From Gemmatimonadaceae bacterium (GTDB lineage: Bacteria; Gemmatimonadota; Gemmatimonadetes; Gemmatimonadales; Gemmatimonadaceae), in the NCBI GenBank assembly GCA_045803545.1, contig JBJMOW010000002.1, positions 352,001 through 416,000 on the forward strand: DNA of 64,000 bases. Reading direction: 5' to 3'. Every line of letters starts with the position of its first letter. Position 1 is the stretch's first letter. Below the pieces are notes generated by a model. It was not told the origin of the DNA, ran no database searches, and saw only the letters and a program-made list of their open reading frames with translations. Below, one piece after another: positions 37,866-47,454 of this stretch. The translations under genes and the position numbers were made by a program.

Positions 37866-39464
37866 GTGGATACCGGCCGCTATGCCAAGCTTTTTCTCTC
37901 CGAGAGCAAGGAAAACCTCGCCGAGATAAATGCCGCGCTCCTGGAACTGGAGCGGGGTGGCAGCGATGCGGCCGTTGCCCGACTTTTTCGGGCCGTACAC
38001 ACGCTCAAGGGAATGGGCGGGGCGATGGGCTATACGTCGGTCGCCGAGCTGTCCCACGAGCTGGAGACGCTGCTCGACAAGGTCAGGAACAGCGCAGTGG
38101 CAGTCACGCGGCCGATGATCGACACGCTCTTCGCGGGGGTAGACGCTCTCGAGCAGGCGGTCGAGGCCGCCACGGCATCCCCATCGGTGAATCTCGATGT
38201 CTCAGTGGTGATGGCGAAGGTTCGTGAGGCTGGAAGCGAAGAGAAGGCGCAGACTTTCGTCCAGGAGGTGTCGCCCGCGCCGCAGCCCAAACCGGAGCAG
38301 GAAGCGCCCGCAGCTCCTCCCAAAGCAACGCGTCAGATCAGAATCGATTCGAAGCGGCTCGACACCTTCATGAACGTGCTCGGAGAGCTCGTGATAGCGC
38401 GCGATCGGATTCAAAAGGCGGCTGAACGCATCGCCGATCCCGAGATGCTCGACGCGGTTCGTCACGCTTCGCAGATACTTGGCAATCTGCAGAATGAGGT
38501 AATGACCAGCCGCATGGTCCCGGTCTGGCAGGTCTTCGAGCGTTTCCCGCGGGTGGTGCGCGATACCGCGCGCACGCTGGGCAAGGAAGTCGACTTCAGA
38601 ATCGAAGGGCGCGACATCGAGCTCGATAGATCGATGCTCGACGAGATGGGCGAACCGGTGTTGCATTTGCTGCGCAACGCACTCGATCACGGCATCGAAA
38701 CACCGGCCGACCGTGAAAAAGCGGGGAAGCCGCGCACTGCCACGTTGATCCTCACTGCGGAGCGCGATCGCGCGACGGTCTTGATCCGGGTTACGGACGA
38801 TGGCCGCGGCATCGATCAAACGAAGGTGCTGCCGCGCGCCAAGAAACTTGGTCTCATCGACAAGACAACCACGAAACTGAATGAGCAGGAGCTGGTCGCA
38901 ATCATCTCGCGGCCCGGTTTCTCTACGGCGGACAAGGTTACCGAGATCTCGGGCCGCGGCGTCGGATTCGATATCGTCGCCAGCAGGGTGCGCGGACTCG
39001 GTGGCTCGCTCGAAGTGCACACCGATGCCGGGCTGGGCACTGCAGTCAGCATGCGCCTGCCGTTGACGCTGGCGATCTCCCGGGCGCTGCTGGCGAAAGT
39101 GGAGCGCGAGACCTATGCGATCCCGCTCACCCACGTCCTCGAGACTTTCAGTCTTTCCAAGCCGATGCTGCTGGAATCGAAGGGCAAGCCCGTCATAGCA
39201 ATTCGCGACGATCTTTTCCCGGCGATCTGGCTGCGCGAACGTGTCGGATTACCAGCACCGGATAATCCTGCGAGTGGTCAAGTGGTACTGGTCGAGCTCG
39301 CCGAGCGAAAAGCGGCGCTCATCGTCGATCAATTCGAGGGACAGCAGGAGATCGTCGTTAAACAGTTCGACGGCGTAGGTGGCAGCAAAACTTTATTCAG
39401 CGGCGCGACGATACTTGGCGATGGATCGCCCGCTCTGATCGTGGACGCTTCAAGCCTCCTCTAA
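37866..39464 (+). CDS. cheA: Chemotaxis histidine kinase CheA (no P2 domain)
   Basis: P1 LFRAVHTLKG; P3 IRID..LD; P4 HLLRNALDHGIE, DDGRGID, SGRGVG; P5 LPLTLA..SGATILGDG. Confidence 0.96.
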   Translation: MDTGRYAKLFLSESKENLAEINAALLELERGGSDAAVARLFRAVHTLKGMGGAMGYTSVAELSHELETLLDKVRNSAVAVTRPMIDTLFAGVDALEQAVEAATASPSVNLDVSVVMAKVREAGSEEKAQTFVQEVSPAPQPKPEQEAPAAPPKATRQIRIDSKRLDTFMNVLGELVIARDRIQKAAERIADPEMLDAVRHASQILGNLQNEVMTSRMVPVWQVFERFPRVVRDTARTLGKEVDFRIEGRDIELDRSMLDEMGEPVLHLLRNALDHGIETPADREKAGKPRTATLILTAERDRATVLIRVTDDGRGIDQTKVLPRAKKLGLIDKTTTKLNEQELVAIISRPGFSTADKVTEISGRGVGFDIVASRVRGLGGSLEVHTDAGLGTAVSMRLPLTLAISRALLAKVERETYAIPLTHVLETFSLSKPMLLESKGKPVIAIRDDLFPAIWLRERVGLPAPDNPASGQVVLVELAERKAALIVDQFEGQQEIVVKQFDGVGGSKTLFSGATILGDGSPALIVDASSLL

Positions 39465-39465
39465 C

Positions 39466-40113
39466 ATGACTGACACGCGCAATACACCACCCGGCGAGAG
39501 CGGCACGACATTGCTGAGCACGGCGCGACTTGACGCACTACGTGAAGTCGCCAACATCGGCGCTGGGCACGCAGCAACGGCACTCTCCACGCTCACAGGC
39601 ACCCGCATCATGATCAGTGTGCCGATGGTCAACATCGTGCCGCCGGGCGATTTCGTGCCCGAAATCTCACCGGGCGCAGAGATCGTCTCGGTGCAGATGG
39701 CGATGAGCGGCGACATTGGGGGGCAGACCGTGTTTCTGCTCGACGTCCACGCGGGCATCCGGCTCGCTGAGCGAATGCTGCGGCGCAACCGCGGCACATC
39801 TCCGGACCTTGGCAAGCTGGAGCAATCGGCGCTGAACGAAGCCGGAAATATTCTCGCCGGCGCTTATCTGACGGCGCTGAGCGATTTCCTTGGCATGCGT
39901 CTGCTGTTGTCACCGCCGTCTTTGATACGAGGCGAATCGCGCGACGCGTTGAGGAGCGTCGGCGATCACGCACCGCGCGTAGACTCGCCCATTCTCTGCG
40001 TAGAGACCGAGTTTTTCCTCGACGAGCCGGCTGAGAGCCTGCACGGGTTCTTCCTGCTCGTTCCCGATCCCAAGGCTTTCGACGCCATCTTCCGCGCGGT
40101 GCGCGTAGAGTAG
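39466..40113 (+). CDS. cheC: CheC-family CheY-P phosphatase
   Basis: Two E-x-x-N motifs: DALREVANIGAGHAATALS and SALNEAGNIL. Confidence 0.92.
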   Translation: MTDTRNTPPGESGTTLLSTARLDALREVANIGAGHAATALSTLTGTRIMISVPMVNIVPPGDFVPEISPGAEIVSVQMAMSGDIGGQTVFLLDVHAGIRLAERMLRRNRGTSPDLGKLEQSALNEAGNILAGAYLTALSDFLGMRLLLSPPSLIRGESRDALRSVGDHAPRVDSPILCVETEFFLDEPAESLHGFFLLVPDPKAFDAIFRAVRVE

Positions 40114-40117
40114 TCTC

Positions 40118-42562
40118 ATGAGCGCAGCGGCAACTGCCCGCCCAATGGCAGCCGCGCACGGCGGTGAGATCGACATCCTGCGTTCGTTTGCCCGCCGTAT
40201 CGATCCATCGGACGCGGGGGCATACAACAATCTCGGTGTCCTCTACTTCCGGAAGGGGCTGACCGACGAAGCCATCGTCGCATTTTCGCGCGCGTTGGCG
40301 CTCGATGAGCGCATGCACGTCGCGCGTCGGAATCTCGAGATCGCCTACGGTGAGAGCGGCTTGCTCGAACGCCGACTGCAGGAGCTCGAGGAGCGGCTGC
40401 GCACCAATCCGGCCGACGTCGAAGCGCTGGTGCAGAGCGGCATCGCCGAAAAGACGGCAGGACATCTGGAGCGTGCGCACTCGCTATTCCAGCGCGCGAT
40501 CGATCTCGATGCCGACAGCTCGGTCCTGCACTTTCTGCTGGCGGAAACACTTTACAATCGCGGCCTCCACGAAGAGGCTCTTCGATCGGTAAAACGCTCG
40601 ATCGAGCTGAATCCCGACAACCCCGACGCGTTGTATCTCATTGGCTTCATACTCGGCGATCTTGGCCGTGCCGAGGAAGCAGCAGACGCCAATCGTCGCG
40701 CCGTACAGCTGAACCCGACATTGGTGCGTGCGCAGGCGAACCTCTCGCTCGAGATGTATCGTCACGAGGTCACACCGAGCCAGGCGCACAAGACGTCAGC
40801 TGGCGCGCACATCACCCTTGGTCGCGCGCTCAGACAGAAAGGCTACTTCCAGGAAGCGCTGAAGGAGTACGAGCGCGCAATTGAAGGCGGCGAGGCCAAC
40901 GCGGAAGTCCTGCAGGCGATGCTCGAGCTGTACTTGCTCCAGCGCGATACCGGCGCCGCGATCGCAACAGCCGACCGCTTCGCGCGCGAGTTCTCTCCGA
41001 GCGCGAAGACGTGGAACGGTCGCGGCGTCGCGCTGCAACTGGCGGGGCGCCACGCAGAGGCGGAGCAGAGCTACAATCGCGCCCTCGAGGTGGACTCGAG
41101 CTATCCGTACGCGCACAACAATCTCGGCGTTCTGCTCTGGCACAAGCACGACACCAAGTCCGCGATCAACGCCTTCCGCCGCGCACTGCAGGCGCCGAAT
41201 CCCCCTGTCGAAGCCCGACTCAACCTCGCGCTCGGCTTGTTCCGCAGAAAGCACGTCGAGCTGGCGCTGGAAGCGTATCGACAGATACTTGCTGCTGCGC
41301 CAGAGCATCCGGTGGCGTGGAACGGTATCGGCTTGATCCTCGTCGAGCTGGAGAAGTACTCGGACGCCCGAAACGCGTTCGCTCGTGCCATTCAGGCGAA
41401 CCCTGATTTCGCTGAAGCGCATTACAACATGAGCTTCACGCTCTCGAATCTGGGCGATTTCACTGCGGCACTGCGCGAGACTAAGCGCGCGCTCGAGCTC
41501 GATCCGATGTACACGCCGCAGAAGCTGGAACTGGCGATCGAGCTGCCACACGAGGAGATCAGGCTCACTGTCGCTCCACCGATCACGGAGAAAGACGAAA
41601 GCGTCGACCATGTCGAGGACTTCCATTTCGACCCAGCGATCATCGAGGAGCTGTTTGCCGAGAAGCGATCGCGGAAGACACCATACACGCCGGAAGATCC
41701 GCTTGCTGGGTTTGCGCTCGCGCGCGACCTGATTACCAAAGGGCTGTACGACAGGGCGCAGGGTGAGATCGCGCGCGTCCTTGCGCGTGGTGGTGACAAG
41801 GTTCTGGGCCTCGTGCTGGCAGGCGATGGATTCGCCGCGCAGGGGTTGCACGGTGAAGCGCTCGAGCGGTATCGCCGCGCGTTGGAGATGGACGACAACA
41901 ACTCCTACGCACGACAGGGGATCGCACGCTCGCTGCTCGCCCTTGGCCGGCCGGATGAAGCGAGACCGTACGCGGAAGCTCTGGTTGCGGCGGGCAGCAC
42001 CGACGTCAACCTTCTGCTGCTTGCCGCGGAAGCGCGCGTTGCATCGGCGGATAAGTCCGGAGCGCGCGAGATCCTGTTCGCGCTCCAGAGTAGCGAGGGC
42101 AGGAATGCGAACGTTCTGAAACGCGTCGCGGATCTTTATGCCGCGCTCGACGACGTACTGGAGGCGATTGGTGCTTACCGCGCCAGCCTCAGCATCGACG
42201 AGCGACAGGTGGAGGGTCGTATCGCCCTCGGTAGATTGCTGGCGAAATCCGGAGACGATTCCAGCGCGATCCGCGAGCTCGAAGCGGTGCTCGTCACTGC
42301 ACCGAGCAATGACATCGCGGTAGTCGAACTCGTGGGGCCGTATCGGCGCACCGGCCGTTCGCGCAGCGCACTGCCGCGCATTGTGGCCTTGATCCGCCGC
42401 GACGTGTACCACTTCGCGGGGCTCATTGCTTTGGGTGAGATCCTGATCGACCTCGCCCGCGACAGCGATGCACTTCGGGCATTCGAGCGAGTGCTCCGGT
42501 TCGACCCCAACCACTCGGAAGCAATGCGGTACCGCCGGCTTCTACTCAGAGGCCGCGTCTAA
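40118..42562 (+). CDS. Large tetratricopeptide-repeat protein (814 aa)
   Basis: Many TPR consensus units (AYNNLGVLY, AHNNLGVL, AWNGIG, AHYNM); no signal peptide. Confidence 0.92.
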   Translation: MSAAATARPMAAAHGGEIDILRSFARRIDPSDAGAYNNLGVLYFRKGLTDEAIVAFSRALALDERMHVARRNLEIAYGESGLLERRLQELEERLRTNPADVEALVQSGIAEKTAGHLERAHSLFQRAIDLDADSSVLHFLLAETLYNRGLHEEALRSVKRSIELNPDNPDALYLIGFILGDLGRAEEAADANRRAVQLNPTLVRAQANLSLEMYRHEVTPSQAHKTSAGAHITLGRALRQKGYFQEALKEYERAIEGGEANAEVLQAMLELYLLQRDTGAAIATADRFAREFSPSAKTWNGRGVALQLAGRHAEAEQSYNRALEVDSSYPYAHNNLGVLLWHKHDTKSAINAFRRALQAPNPPVEARLNLALGLFRRKHVELALEAYRQILAAAPEHPVAWNGIGLILVELEKYSDARNAFARAIQANPDFAEAHYNMSFTLSNLGDFTAALRETKRALELDPMYTPQKLELAIELPHEEIRLTVAPPITEKDESVDHVEDFHFDPAIIEELFAEKRSRKTPYTPEDPLAGFALARDLITKGLYDRAQGEIARVLARGGDKVLGLVLAGDGFAAQGLHGEALERYRRALEMDDNNSYARQGIARSLLALGRPDEARPYAEALVAAGSTDVNLLLLAAEARVASADKSGAREILFALQSSEGRNANVLKRVADLYAALDDVLEAIGAYRASLSIDERQVEGRIALGRLLAKSGDDSSAIRELEAVLVTAPSNDIAVVELVGPYRRTGRSRSALPRIVALIRRDVYHFAGLIALGEILIDLARDSDALRAFERVLRFDPNHSEAMRYRRLLLRGRV

Positions 42563-43308
42563 TGGCGATCGAAGGACCACTGCGCGAGCTGAGTATTCAC
42601 GACGTCTTCCAGCTGCTCGACCTTAGCCGGAAGACGGGAACGCTGCGCGTGCATTCGCCGGAGCGAAACAACGAAGGAAGCGTCTACTTCGACGCCGGCA
42701 CCATCGTCGCCGCGACGATGAAGAGCAACCCGCATCTGCTCGGGACGATTCTCGAGCGCTCGGGCAAGGCGACACCAGCTGACCTGGCGCGCGCGACCGC
42801 CATGCAGCGCGCGGGCGACAAGCGACGTGTGGGTGAGATTCTCGTTGCGCAGGGTGTGGTGACACCACGCGACATCGATCGATTCATGCGACTGCAGATC
42901 GAGACCGTGGTGTTCGATCTCATGTCGTGGTCGGAGGGATTCTTCTCGTTCACCGAAGAGCCGCCTCGCCCGATCAGAAAGGACATTGCGGTTCGCGTGA
43001 GCACGGAATCGCTGCTGATGGAAGGAGCGCGTCGCATCGACGAATGGTCGCGGATGGCCGACAAAATCCCGGATTCCCTTGTCGTACCACGTCTGGCACC
43101 GTTGGACGACGGACCCGAGTCGTTCATCGATCTGCTGCCGCGCGAATGGGAAATCCTTTCCATCATCGACGGTGAGCGCAGCCTGCACGAGATTGCGAAG
43201 CGGCTCGTTCTTCCCGAATTCGAGGTCGCCAAGATCATCTACGGTATGTTGAGCACTGGTCTGATCGAGATCACTCCACAGGAACATGACGCAGCCGCCA
43301 GTGTCTGA
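42562..43308 (+). CDS. DUF4388 (PatA_N-like) protein with tandem MshEN-like motif
   Basis: G.L.EL...DVFQLL...RKTG, YF..G.I, W.EG.F.F, SLLMEGARRIDEW; C-terminal helix-turn-helix-like segment. Confidence 0.8.
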   Translation: MAIEGPLRELSIHDVFQLLDLSRKTGTLRVHSPERNNEGSVYFDAGTIVAATMKSNPHLLGTILERSGKATPADLARATAMQRAGDKRRVGEILVAQGVVTPRDIDRFMRLQIETVVFDLMSWSEGFFSFTEEPPRPIRKDIAVRVSTESLLMEGARRIDEWSRMADKIPDSLVVPRLAPLDDGPESFIDLLPREWEILSIIDGERSLHEIAKRLVLPEFEVAKIIYGMLSTGLIEITPQEHDAAASV

Positions 43309-43681
43309 GGCCGCGCGCATGTTGTTCGCCACGGCGATCGGCGAAGCCGAGCAGACGGCATTGCTGCTCGACTCGGTCGGCGTCCCGCTGGCCGGGAGCT
43401 ACATCGACCAGAGTGGTCGCGACATCTCTGGTGAGATCGGCGCAGCGCTCAGCGGCGTCAGCAAGGAAGTCTCGCGGTCGATGCGGATGCTTGCGATCGG
43501 AAACTGGACCGCAGTCGTGGTCGAGACCGATGCGGCGACAATCGCCCTCGCTCCGGCAACGGACGATGCGGTCGTGCTTCTTGCTTCTTCGTCAACAGTT
43601 CCGCTCGGCCTCGTACGACGGGTGTTGACGCGCTCCGTCGCACTGGCAATCAACTGGATGCGTGACAGGATGGGCCGATGA
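43286..43681 (+). CDS. Roadblock/LC7-like protein
   Basis: 131 aa; ALLLD..G.PLA...EIGAALS...PLGLVR pattern. Confidence 0.68.
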   Translation: MTQPPVSEAARMLFATAIGEAEQTALLLDSVGVPLAGSYIDQSGRDISGEIGAALSGVSKEVSRSMRMLAIGNWTAVVVETDAATIALAPATDDAVVLLASSSTVPLGLVRRVLTRSVALAINWMRDRMGR

Positions 43682-44037
43682 AAGACGTCGCTCAGATTGT
43701 TGGCTCCTTGTCACGCGTGCCTGGTGTCACCGTCGCTATGATCGTCGGCGCGATCGACGGCCTCATCGTCGAGGCGAGCCAGGTTCCCGGCGCGCAGACC
43801 GAGGGCGACCGCAAGAAACACACAGCGGCATTGGCGGCGTATCTGTACTCGAAAGTGACGCGGGCTTCGAACGCGGCGCGGCTTGGCGTGCCCGCCTTCA
43901 TGCGACTCGAGGCGGAGAAGGGGCACATCTGCGTCGTTGGCGCGCGCGAACTGGTACTGGTAACGATCGTCGCGCCGGATGCGAACCTGGGACGAGTGAG
44001 ACTCGAGATGATGACCGCAGCGAAAGAGGCAGCGTGA
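43678..44037 (+). CDS. Roadblock/LC7 protein (MglB/MglC-like)
   Basis: LSRVPGV..AMIV...DGLIV...AALAA...ANLGRVRLEM. Confidence 0.82.
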   Translation: MKDVAQIVGSLSRVPGVTVAMIVGAIDGLIVEASQVPGAQTEGDRKKHTAALAAYLYSKVTRASNAARLGVPAFMRLEAEKGHICVVGARELVLVTIVAPDANLGRVRLEMMTAAKEAA

Positions 44038-44522
44038 GCGATCCGACGGTAGCGGAAGCCTGGGTGGCGGCGCCTTTGCGCCGTCTCATGGAAGATGCCC
44101 GATTGATTTCCGGCGTGCTGCTTTATCCAAGCGGCCGCGCTGTTGGACAGTTCGGCTTCAGCAACGCCGCCGACGTGATGTCGATCTGTGCGCTCACTTC
44201 GGCGATTAACGCGTCGGCGCGCGAGCTCGGCCGCCAGCTCGACGGCAAACCTTTTTACGAGATGCATCACGCCGGCGCCGAGCGCCAGGTTTTCATGGCC
44301 CGTGCATCGGCTGGCACACAGGAATTCCTTTTCGTCGGCGTCTTCGATCGCGAAAGCTCGCTGGGCGTGGTCGAGATGTATTTCACGGAATTCCAGAAAG
44401 CGCTGGAGAAACTTCGCCCCGATGTACCAACGACCACGCCCCCGATCAAACCGGGTGGCGATTTCGAGGGCGAGCTCAATCGCAGTCTCGACGCCCTCTT
44501 CGGACCGGTAGGAAAACGCTAG
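44034..44522 (+). CDS. mglB: MglB-like GTPase-activating protein
   Basis: GTGA overlap; roadblock core (SICAL..A.RELG..L...F...HH.G, VFD..SSLGVV) plus a C-terminal LDALF helix as in Myxococcus MglB; directly upstream of mglA. Confidence 0.75.
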   Translation: MSDPTVAEAWVAAPLRRLMEDARLISGVLLYPSGRAVGQFGFSNAADVMSICALTSAINASARELGRQLDGKPFYEMHHAGAERQVFMARASAGTQEFLFVGVFDRESSLGVVEMYFTEFQKALEKLRPDVPTTTPPIKPGGDFEGELNRSLDALFGPVGKR

Positions 44523-44523
44523 A

Positions 44524-45126
44524 ATGTCAGTCGTCAACTACGGCACGCGTGAAATCACGTGCAAGATCGTGTACTATGGTCCAGGGAGATCCGGCAAGAC
44601 GACGAATCTCCAGCATGTCTACTCGAAGCTCCCCGAGGAGCGTAAGGGAAAAATGGTCTCGCTGGCGACAGAGACCGACCGCACGCTCTTCTTCGATTTT
44701 CTTCCGCTCGATCTAGGAACGATCTCGGGTTTCGCGACGCGGTTCCAGCTTTACACCGTGCCTGGCCAGGTCTACTACGCCGCGACCCGCAAGCTGGTGC
44801 TGCAGGGCGTCGACGGTGTGGTGTTCGTCGCCGATAGCCAGTCCCGTCAAATGGCTGAGAACATCGAGAGCCTGCAGGACCTGCACGCCAATCTCGCCGA
44901 GGAAGGTCACGATCCGCGCAGCATTCCGCTCGTGATGCAGTACAACAAGCGCGACCTGCCGAAATCCGAGATCAGCTCCATCGAAGATCTGGACGAGACC
45001 CTCAACTTCAGGGGCGTTCCGCATTTCTCCGCCACCGCCGTCAGCGGCGGTGGAGTATTCGAAACGTTGCGCAGCATCTCGACCCTGGTGCTATCGAGGT
45101 TGAGCGCACCCGCGGGCAAAGCCTGA
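44524..45126 (+). CDS. mglA: MglA-family small Ras-like GTPase
   Basis: [49 protein letters not shown]. Confidence 0.96.
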   Translation: MSVVNYGTREITCKIVYYGPGRSGKTTNLQHVYSKLPEERKGKMVSLATETDRTLFFDFLPLDLGTISGFATRFQLYTVPGQVYYAATRKLVLQGVDGVVFVADSQSRQMAENIESLQDLHANLAEEGHDPRSIPLVMQYNKRDLPKSEISSIEDLDETLNFRGVPHFSATAVSGGGVFETLRSISTLVLSRLSAPAGKA

Positions 45127-45128
45127 CC

Positions 45129-45344
45129 GTGGCCGAACCGACGCGCAAGCAGGACGAAGAAGAAGGCGGAGAATTCGCCGAGTTCCTGGCTGATGTCAGC
45201 CACGAAATCGCCGCGCGCGTCGAGTCGCTGCAAACGCCATCACAGTCTACAGATCCCGTTAAGAAGACGCCTGTCGGCGCCGACGGCGGTGTAATCGTCG
45301 AGTGGCCCAACATCGCTGATCGCATGATAGAGGAATTGCGTTAA
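45129..45344 (+). CDS. Small acidic hypothetical protein (71 aa)
   Basis: Exactly fills the gap between mglA and the next gene; TAATG coupling at its 3' end. Confidence 0.62.
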   Translation: MAEPTRKQDEEEGGEFAEFLADVSHEIAARVESLQTPSQSTDPVKKTPVGADGGVIVEWPNIADRMIEELR

Positions 45345-46624
45345 TGGCGATCAAGGGCAGTCTCAAGGAAGCGAGTCTCCCCGACGTACTGCAGCTGCTG
45401 TCGATGGGAAAGAAAACCGGCTGTCTCGGTCTGTCGTTCCACGACAGCTTCGGCTCCATCTACTTCGACAACGGCCGCATTTGCCACGCGGCGATCGTAA
45501 ATCGGCCGCTCGACACCGAGAACTCGGTCTACACGCTTTTCACATGGACGAGCGGCACCTTCAACTTCGAAGCGAACGTCGAGCCTGAAGAAGGCGCCGA
45601 GCGCGTCTCGGTTGATCCACAGTCGCTCCTGCTCGAAGGTGCGCGTCGTGTCGATGAGTGGTCGCTGATCGAGAAGAAGCTGCCCAGCTTCGATGTCGTA
45701 TTCAGCCTGGACCGAGCGAAGCTGATGCTGAACCGCGATCCGCTTTCCCCGGAGCAGGAAGCGTTGCTCCCGTTGATCGACGGGCATCGCGACGTCAACG
45801 GTTTGATCCGTGATTCCGGCCTCGGCGAGTTCGAAGTTGGGAAAGCACTGTACGGTCTGCTGAATGCCAACTTCCTGCTGCCGGTCGGCCGCAAGCGCAC
45901 TACCCCGACGCTGCCACGGAACGCGAGCCCGCTCGAACGGCGAGAACTGGCGAGCGCCTTGTATCGCGCGGGGATGCACGACGAAGCTTTGCGTGAATTC
46001 CGCGCGATCGTAGAGGAAGCTGCTGATCCAGTCGCCTCGTTCCACCTTGGATTGATCGCGTTGCGCCAGAAGGAGTACTCCTCAGCGGTGAATTCCTTCA
46101 TGACGGCTGCGCCACACGCGCCGAGCAAGACGGCGCTGCTCCACAATCTTGCGCTGGCGTACGACGCGCTCGGCCAGCTCGAAAAGGCAAAGCTGGTCAT
46201 AGAGCGGGCGCTGAGCTCTGGCGGAAGCTCCGAGCCGCTGATTCAACTGGAAGGCGCCGTCGTAGCGCTGAGACTCGGCGACTATCAGACTGCGAAGATC
46301 CGTCTGAGCGAAGCGCGCAGCCTGTGGACGAGCAATCCTCCGCCCGCCATCTGGTTCCATTACGCCGCACAGGTCGCTGCGATGACGGACGACCCCGACC
46401 GCGAGATGCTTTTGCTGGCGGCGGCGACAGAGGCACATCCCGAGTCGGCAGTTCTTCTCAACAATCTGGCTGCCGCGAACCTCAAGCGAGAGGACTACGC
46501 TGCCGCGCGCGACGCCGCGGAGAAGGGAATCGCGATCGCTCCGGAATTATCTCAACTTCGGCGCAATCTGTCCGCGGCGCTCGAAGCGTTGTCCCACGCA
46601 GACCGTCAGGCGGCGAACCGTTGA
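45344..46624 (+). CDS. DUF4388-like + TPR protein
   Basis: MAIKGSL.E.SLPDVLQLL..GKKTG, SLLLEGARRVDEW, then TPR units (LLHNLA, LLNNLA). Confidence 0.82.
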   Translation: MAIKGSLKEASLPDVLQLLSMGKKTGCLGLSFHDSFGSIYFDNGRICHAAIVNRPLDTENSVYTLFTWTSGTFNFEANVEPEEGAERVSVDPQSLLLEGARRVDEWSLIEKKLPSFDVVFSLDRAKLMLNRDPLSPEQEALLPLIDGHRDVNGLIRDSGLGEFEVGKALYGLLNANFLLPVGRKRTTPTLPRNASPLERRELASALYRAGMHDEALREFRAIVEEAADPVASFHLGLIALRQKEYSSAVNSFMTAAPHAPSKTALLHNLALAYDALGQLEKAKLVIERALSSGGSSEPLIQLEGAVVALRLGDYQTAKIRLSEARSLWTSNPPPAIWFHYAAQVAAMTDDPDREMLLLAAATEAHPESAVLLNNLAAANLKREDYAAARDAAEKGIAIAPELSQLRRNLSAALEALSHADRQAANR

Positions 46625-47454
46625 GCGCTGAAGTGATCAAAGCCGATGACGCGGGCTTTCGGACGCTGATGGAGAAAATCACGCGCGACAGCGGATTTCG
46701 CTGCGCGAGCTACAAGGATAAATGCTTGCGGCGGCGCATCGCCGTTCGGATGCGCGCGAAAGGCGCGTTCACCGCGACCGAATACGCGGGCGTTCTCGAC
46801 ACCGATCCGCGCGAGTACGAGCGGCTGCTGCGATCGCTAACGGTGAACGTGACCAAGTTTTTCAGAAACCCCGAGACTTACGCGGCAATCGAGAAGCAGG
46901 TAATTCCCTCGCTCTGGAGCTCGAGCGAAAACGGGATGCGCATCTGGAGCGCCGGATGCGCGTCGGGTGAAGAGCCATACTCGGTCGCGATACTGTTGGA
47001 CAAGCACGCGAGGGAAACGCGCAGTGAGAAGCGACTGCAGCAGGTCGATCTACTCGCGACCGACATCGACAGCGAAGTACTCGGCGAAGCGGAGCGCTGT
47101 TTTTATGCGGAATCGTCGCTGGCCGAAACTCCGCTTGCGCTCAGGGATCGGTATTTCCCGCAAGTCGCTGGTTTGAGGACCATGCTGCCCGAGGTGAGAC
47201 AGCTCGTTCGCTTTGAAAGCGATGATCTGCTCGGGTTCAGACCGCCCGTGTCCGAGGTTCACCTGATTCTCTGCCGAAACGTCATCATTTACTTCGAACG
47301 CGAAGCGCAGGACAGGTTGTTCGCCGAATTCCACCGTGTGCTTGCACCGGGTGGATTCATGGTCCTCGGCAAAGTGGAGACTCTGCTCGGCGAGGCGAGG
47401 GGACTTTTCACTCCCGTGAACGCACGCGAACGGATTTTCCAGAAGGCGTCGTGA
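46621..47454 (+). CDS. cheR: Chemotaxis methyltransferase CheR (TTG start)
   Basis: LTVNVTKFFRN, RIWSAGCASGEEPYS, ATDID, ILCRNVIIYF; TTGA overlap with the upstream gene. Confidence 0.95.
   Translation: MSAEVIKADDAGFRTLMEKITRDSGFRCASYKDKCLRRRIAVRMRAKGAFTATEYAGVLDTDPREYERLLRSLTVNVTKFFRNPETYAAIEKQVIPSLWSSSENGMRIWSAGCASGEEPYSVAILLDKHARETRSEKRLQQVDLLATDIDSEVLGEAERCFYAESSLAETPLALRDRYFPQVAGLRTMLPEVRQLVRFESDDLLGFRPPVSEVHLILCRNVIIYFEREAQDRLFAEFHRVLAPGGFMVLGKVETLLGEARGLFTPVNARERIFQKAS

Noticed and set aside
40796..42514. 572-aa antisense ORF
   Set aside because: Shadow of the TPR gene; expected from GC-rich codon bias; no recognisable motifs.
43662..44033. N-terminal 124 aa of the 286-aa ORF
   Set aside because: Overlaps the roadblock gene in another frame; the likely start is GTG 44034.
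46324..46620. Extended cheR N-terminus
   Set aside because: Overlaps the upstream gene; TTGA coupling at 46621 is more plausible.
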